Below, piece by piece: positions 53,002 through 64,000 of a DNA stretch of 64,000 nucleotides (position 1 is its first letter; every line of letters begins with the position of its first letter). The notes under the pieces are model-generated. The model was not told the origin of the DNA. It was given only the letters and a program-made list of their open reading frames with translations, and ran no database searches. The stretch is from the human T2T-CHM13v2.0 reference genome, Homo sapiens. The stretch lies in the NCBI RefSeq assembly GCF_009914755.1, contig NC_060927.1; one strand, given 5' to 3'. The position numbers and the translations under genes were made by a program.

Positions 53002-56000
53002 CTAGAAGATGTCTCCTCCCACTGACAAAGGGCAAAGAAAGGAGTTGTCTCAGAACTTGGAGTAAAAAATACTCTCCTGTGGTGATAGAGAGAAAAAGTG
53101 TGGAGGGCAAAGAGGGGAGCCTGTGTATATGTGTGTGTATGTGTGAGAGAGATAGAGAGATGAAATGAGGTAACAAGATTCACCTGCCAACCAGCCCTGC
53201 CTAAAACTTTTCAGCACACTCTGGATCTCAGCTGCTAGTACTTACTCTTATTTGACTACTAGGCATATTTAGTTTCTATATCCCGCCTGAGATGTTCCCA
53301 AAATGTCATAAGCGGCAGGAAGATAACCTGAATTTTTGTCCTTTATCCAAGCACTAGGTCTGACAGAGGTAGTCTTCCTGACATTGCCCTCACTGGCCCA
53401 GGGTAAGAAAGCTCACTAAATGTTCTGACTATTATTTGAAGCATGATTTCAGCCATGCTATTCTACCAAAAGCAGCACAGATCTCTCTCTTGATCATTTG
53501 GCATTCTTCATATTACATCATCACACATAAAATTGTTGATTCTCGGGTTAGAAGGAACCATTTTTAAAAGTACAGTTTCTTACCTGATACTGGAATCCCT
53601 GCTATAATATAGCTAGTCATTGCCAAGCTACACTTGGAAAAAATAGACGAAAGAAAACTCAAAATTCATGCTCATATGCTATTGAGCATTTAGTGACATT
53701 GCAGCTACCTTATTTGAGAAGGCAGCATTCCACTGATAACATATATCACCCTCTAAGTATGGCATGCTCCTCTTACAAACAGTTAAGCTTCAGAGCAGTA
53801 GTGCAGGAAGGAAAAAAGTCCCTTCATAAATAAATCCTTTTGCCTAAATGAAAGAATATACAGTACTCATAAAAATGGCGATTAGAGCCCAGCATGAGAA
53901 AGATACCCTCATAACACTAATAATATTAGCAATAAAAATACCCTCTGAGATTTGCTATTCCAGAGAAAATATTTGCTATTATTGTTATTATTATTATATT
54001 ACTGCTAATAATAATAATGGGTTGCTTGCTAAGAGATTGAGCCTTTGCTGTAACTAAGTAAGCATACTTAGAAAGTGCTCCCCTGAAGACATTTCTTCAA
54101 TTAATAAAGAAGACTGACAGATCTTCTCACAGCCTACTGCCAGGTACCAATTGATTGCCTCCCTGTAATAATTGTTTAATTTGCTTTCCAGTACTAATCA
54201 TGTTGTGCAAATTGTTGGCCTCTGCCATTTGGTGACAAGGCAGATGGTATTTCAATGGGCCCAGTTGAGCTGCCCACCAGCCCCACCTCCCACCCTCAGC
54301 CTTTTCCATTCTCCCTTCCCACCCACCCTGTCCCTTTCTCCTGCCTGGAACCCAGACACAGATCTGGGGCTATGTGTTCCTCTAGGAAGATGACGAATAG
54401 CACATTGGCAATGAAGGAGTAAATTGGTCAGACCTCTAGAGCAGCAGCTACAGGAGGAGGCATCCCTTTGCCGTGTATCATGACCTCTCCCTTTGCTTAA
54501 AGAAAAGCTGTAAGTTTACAGCATGAATTAGCATGGCCCCATCACAGACACAGATTTAGGGTCATATAAGGCCAAAGTGGGTAACTTGGTGATTAAAAAA
54601 AAAGTCAAAGTCCCAAAAGCAGGGGAAATTGTATCAGGGTGCTGGAGAGGGAGGGGAATTGTCAGTAAACACGATGAAAACACATGAGTGGAAAAGAACT
54701 GTGATATATCATTAGGCATATCAGGGAACTCTAGAACACAGTCACAGTTGATGACTGAAGTATAGTTTCCCCAACCCTACCTCATTACCCATAGCTCCTC
54801 TGACTTGTTTGGGGGTATGCTTAGTTTTTGGCTTCTTGCATAGCTTTCATCTTTCTGCTTCACTGGATGAAAGGCCCACAAAGAATCAGGCATATACAGA
54901 GGCGTGCATTGTATTTGCAACCACTTACATTAAAGTTCCCAAATGTACTTGGTACGTTCACACCTCTGCATGTCTAGACATACTATTCTGCCATCTTGGT
55001 GGAATGTCCTTCACATTCTGAATTATCAAGACTCATTTCAAAGACCCCAGTTCTTGCATTAAGCTTTCTATTCCTGTGCCCTCCTAAGGCAGTGTTTTCT
55101 CACATTCACTTGTCGCTTAGCTAAGTAAGAGCAGACCCTTCAGTCCTTCACAAAACACCCTCCAAGCTATAACCTAAACATAGTTTTCTGTTGCGTCTTC
55201 TACTACCACTCCAGACCTATGCTATGGCCATATTCCATATTTTACTGGACCACATACTTCCCTTCTGTCTGTGCCTTGTCTTTGCACTTTCTTCTGTCAG
55301 AAATTTTCTTACAGAGTTCAGTAATCAAAAATTCCATCTGTTAAAGATAATCACTAAAACCATTTCCTTTTTGAAAATGCTATTGGATGTGATATATCTC
55401 TCTATTAAAAGCTATATCACTTATATCATCTACATATATATCTAATTCTTTGGAGACATTAAAACTTACCTGATGGAAGATACTTTAAGGCTTTCCGATA
55501 AGCCCCCACAGAACTTTATTTCTCCTCATGGAACTCACAGTTTGCTTCATGTGATTAAGACCATTTCCAAAGACACTTTTTTTAAAGGGGTTTACATAGA
55601 AAACTTTATAGCAATGTGAAATGTGAAAATTTTTTTTAGCTTCAACTTTAAACAAAGTTACTTTCCACTGCAAGGCATTTAAAATTTATTTCCAATTTCC
55701 AAGGAATACAGGAGTGCTGATTTTATCTGTGGGAAATAAGCCAGCAAGGAGACCACAGATACAGGACAAAATGCTCACTTTAGGAGCACGGAGAGGTGTC
55801 ATGCCATTCAATCATTTCTGCAACTGGTAAAGCGGAGAGTATTGGAGAAATATAAGGCCTGAAGAAGAGTTTTGTTAAGAAAGATTTGGATCTTAAAGAT
55901 CATAGTGTGAGAAGTACTTCTGAACCACAGCTCAATACCAAGCTACTACCGATTACCTAAATGAGATACAGTGAAAATGGAATGTTTGCAAAACTGAAGA

Positions 56001-56010
56001 GTACATACTT

Positions 56011-56335
<325 letters not shown>

Positions 56336-56373
56336 TAGTTACTAAAACACAATTTTTCTTTAAAGTATCTGCT

Positions 56374-56683
56374 TGGAAAGCCAAATGCCACAATACCACA
56401 CGTTCTCACTTATAAGTAGGAGCTAAACAATGGACATACAGAGTGGAATAATAGACACTGGAGACTACAAAACGTGGGAGGGAAGTGAAGGTTGAAAGAT
56501 TACTTATTGGGTACAATGTTAACTATTCCAATGTTCCGATGACGGATATACAAAAGCCCAAACTTCACCACTATGTAATATATGCATGTAAGAAATCTGC
56601 AGTTGCACTCCCTAAATATATATTTTAATAAATAAAATATAATCAACACTTAAAATAAATTTAGTTTGAATAAAAATAAATAA
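56374..56683 (+). mobile_element. 5'-truncated L1PB3/PB4-like 3' end
   Basis: 'gttctcacttataagtaggagctaa...catacagagtggaataatagaca...aaaagcccaaacttcaccactatg' followed by an A-rich tail. TSD aaagtRtctgct at 56362-56373 and 56684-56695. Confidence 0.88.
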
Positions 56684-56929
56684 AAAGTGTCTGCTGAGTA
56701 CCTGACATTGATATTGGGAGCAAGCAATTTTGGAGGTGGGAACTCCTTTCAGGGGAAAAGAAAATAAGAAAAAATATAGAAAACAAGAAAAAATATTATA
56801 AAACCCTGAAAAAGAATAACCAACCAACCAACCAACAAACAGAAATCAAAACCAAGAAAACCTAACCATATGACGACTATATAGAAGATGGGCAAAAAGT
56901 GTTCCCATTCCCCATGGCAGAAAATTCTA

Positions 56930-57835
56930 TTCTCACTGCCACCATCCCAGTTTAGACTATCTTTTCTTGCCAGGATCAATGCAGTCATCTACTAACATGT
57001 TTCCCGAACCCCTTCCTGGCTCTCTATAAGTACATCCTTCATATAGCCAGAACATTTTTATGAATGAAAAACCAGCTTATGTCATCACCATCCCCTGTAT
57101 CCTATCCCATTCCTTCAGTCTCCTAGCTTATCCATTTGCTCCCTGAAGACTTATTCAGCCTTTATAGGCACTATAGATACAGAAATAAAGCAGGATGAGT
57201 TACCCTTAGCCCCCACCTCAACTCCAGTAGCTTATATATTAGGGATCAAATCCAAATTCCTCAACGTGACATACCAGGGTCAGGCAATCTAGAAATGCTT
57301 CTTCCTCCAACCTCCTGCCCCCTTCCCCTTGGCTTCTCCACTCCATTCTTTCTTTTACCAATACACTCATACTTACTTTTGTTTCTCTATTAGCACTGTC
57401 CACATTCTCTTTTGACTCCCATTTTTCTCATAAGAGGCTTTTTGTGCTAAAATACCTTTCCTCACCCATCTTCGCCTACATTCCCATGGCTAATCGCTAC
57501 TTCTCTCCTATATTCCCTTTATCACTCTGTTTTCTTTGTGTGTGTCTGCTTCCTCCAAAAGACTGATAGCTCCCTCAGAGAAATCTAGTGTTATTCACTG
57601 GTAGGTAATTCATTACTCAGCACTGTACCTGATTTATGATGGTGCTCAATTATCATCAATTGGGTGAACCAATTAAAGTTTTGACTTTGTGTGGCTGGTT
57701 TCTACTATACTAAGGGGAGTAGTTTCTGTATTGTGCCTGAGGTCAGGGACTTTGTTTGGTTCCTACCTCTCCCAACTGGGTGAACACCAGGTATTCAAGA
57801 AATATTTATTGAATGAATAAAGGAAAGGATGAATT
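56930..57835 (+). mobile_element. L2 fragments (two 3' ends)
   Basis: 'ttagggatcaaatccaaattcctcaacgtgacatac', 'ggtgctcaattatcatcaattgggtgaa' and 'aggtattcaagaaatatttattgaatgaat'. Confidence 0.7.
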
Positions 57836-57884
57836 CAACCAAAACAAAACAAAACAAAGAAACCCAGTATTAAAACTATGTCCA

Positions 57885-58006
57885 GGTCAGGCCACAGTGG
57901 CTCACACCTATAATCTCAACACTTTGGGAGGCTTAAATGGAAGGATTGCTTGAGGTCAGGAGTTTGAGGCCAGCCTGGGCAACATAGCAAAACCCCCCTC
58001 ACTATT

Positions 58007-58037
<31 letters not shown>

Positions 58038-58056
58038 AAACAAACAAACAAACAAA
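57885..58056 (+). mobile_element. FLAM (free left Alu monomer) with a (TAAA)n(CAAA)n tail
   Basis: Single left monomer. The TSD taaaRctatgtcca at 57871-57884 and 58057-58070 shows it inserted as a monomer. Confidence 0.9.
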
Positions 58057-58954
58057 TAAAGCTATGTCCACACAAATACAACTGTGATCAGAACTGAAAC
58101 TGGACATCAAGCATTCTTTTGTCCAAATAGAAATCTGGAACTTTCTCATAAGAACTTTCTAATGGCATTAGTTATCTTAGGAAAAAAAATGATAATTTTT
58201 CTAGCCCCTTTGTGTATACTCCAATTTCCCTTCTCTTCACATGGCACAGTAAAGGCACTAGAGTTGAAATTGTGAGAAACTTTTCGCTTTTACATCTGAA
58301 TTATAAAATGTCACATCCACCTGCCTCTGCCAGACACAGGCAACATTAATAGTAATGTTTAAAGGGCCTTCAGAATAGCAGTGGGATGATTTAAAGAGAA
58401 GAATAATCAAGGACTGCATCTTAGTAAATAAATCCAAGGTCCAATCTGTTTAGTCTTTCACCCGCATTTTTTAAGGAAAATTAATATTCTTTTTAAAAAG
58501 CAAATCAGTACAGACTCTGAACTGCTGACTTAGTAGATTTAAAATGGAAATGTTTTTTTCTTCCCCAACAGCCTGCTGGTTGACCTCCCTTTTTTCAGTC
58601 TCTCTCTATTCCATTCCAATAGAAAGAGACAAAGGGATACCCTCAAAATATCACTCATGAAGCATATAGGAAATTGTTGAGGCTGTGTGTGTGGTACCAC
58701 TTGTCTCTTGTGGGCGTGCAGACCATAGGAGAGCCTGTCTTTGCCCTCAAGGGGGTTATAAACCAGATAAGGAGAGAAAACTCTCCTAGATCAAGGAATC
58801 CAAAGGACAATAACAAGAAACATCCTCTAAGATACTGAAAGGAAACCATTTTCAACATATAATTTATACCCTTGCAAATGCCCCATGATGCTTTGTGAAC
58901 TCCTTCCTCTCCCTAAAGAGGGATTAGACACTTCATGTACACAGGCAAAACATG

Positions 58955-59262
58955 CTCAATTAAAAAATAAAAAATCTGAAATGTTTCAACGACTGAATCT
59001 ATTTGAATGACACCACCAGTGGAAAATTCCACACCTGACCTTATGGGACAGTTCATATATATTATTGAAAATATTGTATAAAATTACCTTCAGCCTATGT
59101 CTATAAGATGCACATGAAACATAAATGAGTTTTGTGTTTAGACTTAGTTCCCATCCCTAAGATAATTTATGATTTATATGCAAATATCCAAAAATTAAAA
59201 ACAAATCTGAAATCTGAAACACCTCTGGTCCAAAGAATTTCATATAAGGAATACTCAGCTTG
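58955..59262 (+). mobile_element. Tigger4/MER46 (Zombi) MITE
   Basis: 'gtggaaaattccacacctgacct...aaaattaccttcagcctatg...atctgaaatctgaaacacctctggtcc...ataaggaatactcagcttg' followed by TA. Confidence 0.85.
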
Positions 59263-59264
59263 TA

Positions 59265-59420
59265 TTATCTCATTTAATCTCACAACAACCCTCAGAAGTT
59301 TATAATATCAAGCCCATTTTACAGTTGAAGGAAATTATGACCTTCAGTTAAATGACCAATGCAATATTCTGTGTTTGAGAAGTGATAAAACTAGTACTTA
59401 GAGTTCAGTTCTGCCTAGCT
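59265..59420 (-). mobile_element. MIR SINE
   Basis: 'tatctcatttaatctcacaacaaccct...cccattttacagttgaaggaa'. Confidence 0.75.
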
Positions 59421-59614
59421 GTAAACTTCTTTTCTTTTCACCAGCCTCTCTCTTCAGTATCACCCACTGTCTTTGGCATTGGTCTATGATTTTTTATTAT
59501 TTTCTAACATCTCTACTCTGCTGAATCCAAGTTTATATACTTGGCATCTCTGGAACAAATTTTGCTAAGGCATGTTTTCATTTCTTGTTCACCCACCATG
59601 ATAAAAAAACTTAG

Positions 59615-59845
59615 GTGTCAGTACAGCATATAGGTTCAAAGTGTAGTATCTGAAAGCACACAGGTTCATATTCTAATTCTGCCTTCAACTCTTCATAGAT
59701 AGGAGTATGATCATTGACAAGCCACCTTCTCTATCTGTATTTCCTTATCTGTAAAATGGGAAAATAATAATAGAATCTACAAATGTCATTACGAATAATA
59801 GAATCTACAAATGTCTTTGGTCACTAATGCTAGTTACCATATTTT
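59615..59845 (+). mobile_element. MIR SINE with a 22-bp direct duplication
   Basis: 'tttccttatctgtaaaatgggaaaataata'. The segment aataatagaatctacaaatgtc occurs at 59766-59787 and 59794-59815. Confidence 0.75.
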
Positions 59846-60597
59846 CATCTGTGATTTATGAATGGACATCTAGCTATATGGGTCCCAGACAGTTGTTGGG
59901 CTGAAAAAATAGTTTGAGGACAGGAATATTAAATGGCAAACTGTGTTGTCCATTAAAAAATAAGAATAATCTGATTGCATAGATGGAATAAAATTTATAT
60001 GTATTTTAATACAATCCTCCAATGTTACAGATGGGAAAATTGGAGTTCAAAAAGGTAAAATAAATTTTTCAAAGTTCACACATCTAGTGGAAGAACTTTT
60101 CTAGCAGGTTATATTGTTGCTTTTGTTTCATAAGCAGTTTCTGAAAGTGCTAATTCTTCTTTTCACAAATATCCCTCCACCCTCTAATCACAAAAAGCAG
60201 GTTCTGAAGACCCCCATCTACTCACTTTCCCCATTTTTAGCTATCTCTCTATTGGCCAAAATACTGGTAGCTTGTAAAGCACAAGCTGAGCCTTGGGATT
60301 TACTCCAGTTTTAAATTATTTCAAAAATTATCATTCAAAATGAAGGGTTTTTTGTCCTATGAAACATTTTAACTATGAGTGAAAAATCTAGTTCAGCTCA
60401 TCTCAATAAATATTTGAGTGTTAGTTTTGGTTCTGGCACCATATGCTAGACGTTGGGCAGAAGAAGGTGGGACAAACAGCATGAACTGCCATTTTAGGCT
60501 ATCAGAACTTTAATTTTAAAGTTCAAGTTTCACATATTACCTTGAGAATTCTCTTTTCTTTTGAAGTTTAAGTTAATATTGCCAAAAGGTAATTTTG

Positions 60598-63500
60598 TTC
60601 CAAGATGGGAGATTGGAGGCAGCATTAGCATGCCTCTCCCACTTAGAAAGACAAAATAAAGTGTAGAGATTTACACTGTGAGCTTTTTTCCTTGAAGCAA
60701 TGCAGAAACATAACAGGAAAATGGAAAGAAAACACAGAAACTGTGAAAGAAGCATCAGGCTGCAGCCTATACCATGAGCCAGGTGAAAAATTGTAAATCC
60801 CCAGAGATGGGGAGGAACTGCCTCCAGGATATCCACCCCCACTGGGGAACCTGACCATCCAGGCCATGGGGGAAAGCCTTAACTCTATTCAGCAGTGGAG
60901 TTGATTTAGGGAGCAGGAGTGCGAAGACCCTTGTGGGCATTCCCAGTCTCCAGCATGGACTCAGGGAAGCCATCCCTGATTCTATCTCACAGGAAACCTC
61001 ATGGAATTCTGCTAGCTAATTCAGGCAGCAGTAGCAGGTTGAGAGGAGCTCCCAACTGAAACTGGGAAATGAGTGGGAAACGTGCTGCAACCACAAGCAC
61101 AGGAGCTGGGATCCCCAGCCATGTGGGCAGATAGGGAGAGGCGTGGCCTGAAAGCTATGGTTGCTGTCTCCCATGGGGAAGGCTTATAGCCTGGGGCAGT
61201 TTTCATTTCTGAGCATAGACTGCCTGGAACTAAGGCACTGAGGGTGTGAGACCTGCCTTGCCAAGTATGTGGGAGCTGGGTGGGGTTTACTGCTGCCTGC
61301 TGTTTCCCAGTGCCTGCATAAACTCTTTTGGGCAGCAAAGGCAGCTACACTTCTCCCTGGAACATTACCCCAGTGGCCAGAGACCTGAACCCCGTAACTC
61401 CCAAGGAGCCACTGCTTTCTATGCCCATGGAGAACCAGAGCACAGACCTACCTGACCCAGCCCTCACTTGGCTTTGCCCCTCTATCTGCCATAGTAGCTT
61501 AATACAAAAGATAAAAACTTTTAGGAGGCTCTGTAGCCCCACTTATCACCTAAGAACCCAGAGTAACTTCCTGGGTAACATAAGGCAAGCACAAATCTCA
61601 CCACTACTGTCAGAGCTAGGACTCCTTTGCAAGCACCACCTCCTGGCTGGAGGCCAACTGACACAATCCATTACAACATTTCCAGGTAGAATAACATGAC
61701 ACCCAGGAAGGAGAAAACTTGTGTATAACCTCACCTATCACCATTGCTTGCACCAGCCTGGTTAACCAGAAGGTCCTGAGTCTCTCCATGTGAGTAGATC
61801 ATTACTACTACAACCAGAATTTGTGAAAGTCAACATGCTAAGGCTACTTATAACCAAGGAACCTCACAGAGTATATGTCACTCCCCTGGCACCCCCATCA
61901 GAGCTGGTATTGGTACACACTGCTGGGATACTTGAGGACAGGTCACTTCAAGATTCCTTGCAGACATTCCCCAGCACCAGCTTGGAGTGTGGCAGCCCCA
62001 CTGGGCAGCTAGACTCAGAGGAGCAGCAGTATTCACAGTAATCTGGCACTAAGGGACTCCTAATCTTAGGGGAAGAGGGAGTGTACCACATCAAGAGAAT
62101 ACTCTGTGGGACAAAAGAATCCAGAAGGCAGGCTTGAGTCCCAGATCTTTTTTCTGGTGGGAAGTTTCTTTCAGCAGAGGCAAGTTCCAGTGCTGGGCTC
62201 AGCAAGGAAATTCTGCAGCTCTACCCCAGCAGTCAGGCAGCCCTGGTCCTTGTAAAGGGCCTTGGAGAAGGGGATTTCTTTTCCCCCTCATCCACCACTG
62301 CAGACATAGCTGGGACTTCTCCCATGAGAGCTCATGATGATTACTAAGCTATTCCAGGAGATACCAGAGAAAGGTGAAAACCAACATAAAGAATTTAAAA
62401 AAAATACAATTCAGGATATGCATGAAAAATTTTCTAAAGAGATGGCCATTTTAAAGAAAAATCAATCTGAACTTCTGGAAATAAAGACACATTTTGGGAT
62501 TTACAAAATGCAGTGGAGAGTTTTAATGGACTAAAACAAGTGGAAGAAAGAATTTCAGAGCTTGAAGACAAGGTTTTCAAATTAACACAGTCCAACAAAA
62601 ATAAAAAAAGAATAAACAGAAATGAATAGTCTCCAAGCAATATACGATTATGTAAAATGACCAAACCTAAGACTAGTTGGTGTTCCTGAGGAAGAAGAAA
62701 AAGAAAAAAGTTCAAAAAACATATTTGAGGATGTAATTGAGGAAAACTTCCCTGGCCTTGCTGGAGGTTTAGATATCCAAATACAAGAAGCTCAAATAAC
62801 TCCTATGACATACATTGCGATAAGGATGTCATTAAGCCATATAGTCATCAAGCTACCTAAAGTCAACATGAAGGAAAGAATTATAAGAGCAATGAGACAA
62901 AAGCATCAGATAACCTAAATAAGAAAACCTATCAGACTAACAGTAGACTTCTTAACAGAAACTTTATAAGCCAGAAGGAACTGGGGTTCTATCTTTAGCC
63001 TCCTTAAACAGAATAACTGCCAGTCAAAAATTTTGTATCCAGCAAAACAAAGTTTCATACATGATGGAGAAATGAAGTCATTTTCAGACAAACAAGTGAT
63101 GAGGGAATTTGTCACTGCCAGATGAGCCCTACAAGAAATGCTAAAAGGAATTCTAAATCTTGAAACAAAAGGTTGATATGCATCAGAATAGAGCCTCTTG
63201 AAAGCATAAAACTTACAGAGCCAATGAAATAATAACACAATAAAGAAAACAAAGTATCTAGGTAAAAATTAACACAATGCTTGGAACAGTGCCTCACACC
63301 TCAATATTAACATTAAACACAAATGGCCTAAATGCTCCACTTAAAAGCTACAGATTGGCAGAGTGGATGAAAAATTATAAACCAATTATCTGCTGTTTTC
63401 AAGAGATTCATTTAACATGTAAGGATTCATATAAACTCAAGGTAAAAGCATAGAATATCTTGGAAACCAAAACGATCAGGAGTACCTATTCTTAGATAAA

Positions 63501-64000
63501 ACAGAGTTTAAAGCAACAACAGTAAAAATAATAATAATAATACAAGGAATGTTATTATATAATGAGAAAATGATCAATCCAACAAGAGTATGTTACAATC
63601 CAAAATTTACATGCACCTAACACTGGAGCTCCCAGATTTATAAAGTAATTACTACTAGACCTAAGAAATTAGATAGCAACACAATAATAGTGGGGGACTT
63701 CAATACTCCACTAAAAGCATTAGACAGATCATTGAGAGAAAGTCAACAAAGAAATAATGGACTTACACTACACTCTAGAACAAATAGACCTAACAGATAT
63801 TTACAAAACATTCTACCAAAGAACTGAAGAATATACATTATTCTCATCAGCACATAGAACATTCTTCAAGATAGACCAAGGATAGGCCACAAAACAAGTT
63901 TTAATAAATGTTAAAAAAAAATCAAAATCATGTCAAGTATCTGCTTAGACCACAGTGAAATAAAACTAGAAATCAACTCCAAAAGGAACTTTTGAAACTA
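60598..64000 (+). mobile_element. 5' part of an L1PB-type LINE-1 (long 5' UTR, deleted ORF1 start, ORF2 endonuclease start); runs off the window
   Basis: Begins 'ccaagatgg.agattggaggcag' (YY1-like CAAGATGG). ORF1-like sequence at about 62335-63200 ('aaacctatcagactaacagtagacttc'). ORF2 ATG at 63277 reads MLGTVPHTSILTLNTNGLNAPLKSYRLAEWMK, and 'atagtgggggacttcaatactcca' gives IVGDFNTP. Confidence 0.9.

Noticed and set aside
54120-54520. Possible old MLT1K/L or ERVL LTR fragment
   Set aside because: Only 'tctcctgcctggaac' is suggestive. I could not define termini, so it is not listed as a feature.
60573-62337. Dense ORFs and higher GC suggesting a gene or promoter island
   Set aside because: Explained by the long L1PB-type 5' UTR. 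CpGs are depleted, so it is not a CpG island.

Overview
This is AT-rich, CpG-depleted simian primate genomic DNA (human-like), either intergenic or deep intronic. It is not prokaryotic, so there are no CRISPR arrays or operons. I found no recognisable host protein-coding exon, tRNA or rRNA. The only protein-like ORFs are decayed LINE-1 ORF1/ORF2 pieces. The window is largely a fossil record of transposable elements: a MER11 (HERV-K HML-8) solo LTR with a perfect 6-bp TSD, a near full-length minus-strand L1PA7-like element carrying an AluSp, the 5' part of an L1PB-type element, old L1M/HAL1, L2, L3/CR1 and MIR fragments, an MLT1A-type MaLR LTR-internal-LTR remnant, eight AluJ/AluS dimers plus a FLAM monomer, and several MITE-like DNA transposons. 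The most notable structure is at 6426-7100. There a short L1PA 3' end, about 410 bp of unrelated sequence, an AATAAA and a decayed poly(A) all sit inside one TSD, which is the signature of an old L1 3' transduction or chimeric retrocopy. Weaker inferences are three same-strand candidate exons (a possible lncRNA) and a few enhancer-like motif clusters. I see no evidence of a genuinely new biological system. Repeat subfamily names come from recalled consensus sequences rather than a RepeatMasker run, and the boundaries of old repeats are approximate.
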